DNA of 63,492 nucleotides, filler included, from Polymyxa betae A26-41 (Eukaryota; Protista; Endomyxa: Phytomyxea): NCBI GenBank assembly GCA_003693705.1. It is 7 parts of 7 records of this genome, joined end to end, with 100 filler letters (N's around TTAATTAATTAA, not from the genome) between each part and the next. Parts side by side here need not be neighbours in the genome. Positions count along the whole stretch, not along the records: positions 59,670 to 63,492 come from RBZT01000062.1; 6 more parts are not named here. One strand, 5' to 3'. Shown piece by piece: positions 61,641 to 63,492 of this stretch (position 1 is its first letter; each line of letters starts with the position of its first letter). The notes under the pieces were generated by a model. It saw only the letters and a program-made list of their open reading frames with translations, ran no database searches and was not told where the DNA came from. The position numbers and the translations under genes were made by a program.

Positions 61641-63492
61641 ATCGTATCGCTGATCTTATCGATAAGGCTAAACAACATTTTGGTCTATCCTGGTACGATC
61701 GGGGGCCCTGGATTGCTGGTTGTGTTTAAAACCGAGTTTCGCAATGGCCGTACTGGCCCTGATCTCTGGAGTCACTTCTTCAGTATTCAACTTTCGTCAA
61801 TATTCGTGATGGGTTCACTCCATCTACAGTTAATGATTTTAAGAACTATCCAGACATGACAATTCCCAGACAGGTCTCTGATAAGGCTCACATCACACCA
61901 TCTCCATTTGTACACAAACATGTGAACATTCAGTCATCGGAATCTGTCTAATTACCTCCAACTTCTCCATCTATTACTCATTCAATGTCGTCATCAACTC
62001 AGTCTGCTAGTGATGACGAAGCTTCTGCCGATTCAGATTCATCGCGGGCGAGTACGACCTCTGTTCATGACGTGACGATGATTTGCCAGATAGCGAGGAT
62101 GCTGGGCCCCAGATCGCATCGTCATCATCATGCTGTTCGACTTTGGCTGATGATGAAGTTCGTGCTGCTGAGTCCGAGATCACATCGTCACCATCAACCA
62201 GCACGACCGAGTCGGTGTCCATCTTACAGCAGGTCGTTACTGTTAATGCAGTTGAACCTAAACCTGTTCGGAAATCTGGTAAAAATCTCCCATTTATATC
62301 GTAATGTTTCATGTCTTTTATATTCATTGAATTGTATATTTGTATATAGAGTATGTAGATTGTGGTCAAGAAATATAGAAATCACTTTCAACCGCTGCAG
62401 ATTTCTTTTCACTATTGATAGATAAACAATTGAAATTTATAGAGAAAGCATCAATATCAATGCTGCCAGCATTAAAGAGATTGAACAAATGATAAAAGAA
62501 CACACAGTACCTGGATAAGGAGTATAAAAATCATCAATAAGGAGTTCATCTTCAGGAATACCGTCATCTATGAGCCTAATTAATACAACTCGGGATTATA
62601 TCGAGTCACCTCACCATTTTCTCGCAGTTGTGAATGGGATCTCAGACGGTCTCTGCGAGACATCGAAGGAAATCCAAGAGACGCTTTCTTATCAATCATG
62701 TCCTTGAAATGATCCAGAAGAACTCGAGTTATATGCAGTGCCTCAGGACCGTGAGGGCCAATACGGCCGCGACATTTAGAAAAGTAATAGAACACAACGA
62801 TCCCGTCGTAATATCGAATACGGAATTGTTCATGAGACAGTCACATAGTGAACCCAGTCTATCGAAGGCGGACCAGTTACAGGACGCCAGCACTGCTGAT
62901 TGATCTGAATAAGATCCATAATATTGATGCACTTTATGTGGCCAGGAAAGTTGTAAAGTTGCCTACAAAGAACGCGCCATTATATTGGGTCCGAATAAAC
63001 GCAATATTTGAAAGAAAAAGAATGAAAATAAACTAATAGAAACCTGATTGATATAAAAACGAGATTCAGCAAGCGATGGGAACACCAGAGTTTGCAGCAA
63101 GAGATAGCATCGTGCGATGATGAAGTGCATAAGCAGACAGGCGAGTGAAATGGTTCACAGATACAGAAATACAATCAAACGGATTCGAAAAATTAAAAAT
63201 TTCGAAAAACACAGGAGTTACCCGAAAACTTTCGTCAAGGCCGCCAGGATTTGACCATCTTGAACTACACCGAGTAATGGCGGCGACGATGACGATCACA
63301 GAAGCCCCGGCAAATGACGACTGAGAGATGCCGAAGACGCCTAGATTAGGCGATAGTCACAAGGCACCAGTTTACAAGCCGGAGGTCGGCTGCATGGTTC
63401 TTCGTCAGCCTTCTGCTGTCAAGATTGGGACGATAGTCAGATGAGACAGCACAAATAGCCCGCCCTCACAGACGTTGAGGTCGTCGATTGTC

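Noticed and set aside
61985-63492. Ser/acidic low-complexity ORFs at the window end
   Set aside because: Frames are interrupted and no domain is recognisable.

Overview
This is eukaryotic DNA, not prokaryotic. Seven separate contigs are joined by artificial 100-bp spacers (N44-TTAATTAATTAA-N44), so neighbours across a spacer are not necessarily linked. Short GT-AG introns, Crinkler-type sequence and TTAGGG/TTTAGGG motifs suggest a protist, plausibly a plasmodiophorid-like plant parasite (inference). Recognisable host genes: Nup88/Nup82-like, NSE2/MMS21, ARP8, an intronless Hippo/MST kinase with SARAH domain, and a DnaJ-FN3 protein. There are many decayed transposons (Ty3/Gypsy including a chromovirus, Ty1/Copia, a LINE, pogo/Tigger, MITE-like palindromes) and VWA, CRN and kinase pseudogenes. 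Two things stand out on contig 25432-42434. (1) A probable endogenous CRESS single-stranded DNA virus remnant (27240-28960): an internally deleted Rep plus an Arg-rich crucivirus-like capsid N-terminus. (2) A cluster of seven two-exon genes (about 29.9-41.2 kb), mostly missed by the ORF track, for tiny type-I membrane proteins. All share a 77-nt signal-peptide exon and a phase-2 intron; four carry a PEXEL-like G-R-x-L-Q-Q motif directly after the signal. Exon 2 is hypervariable and the copies sit in nested inverted duplications. All family assignments are by eye; no searches were run.
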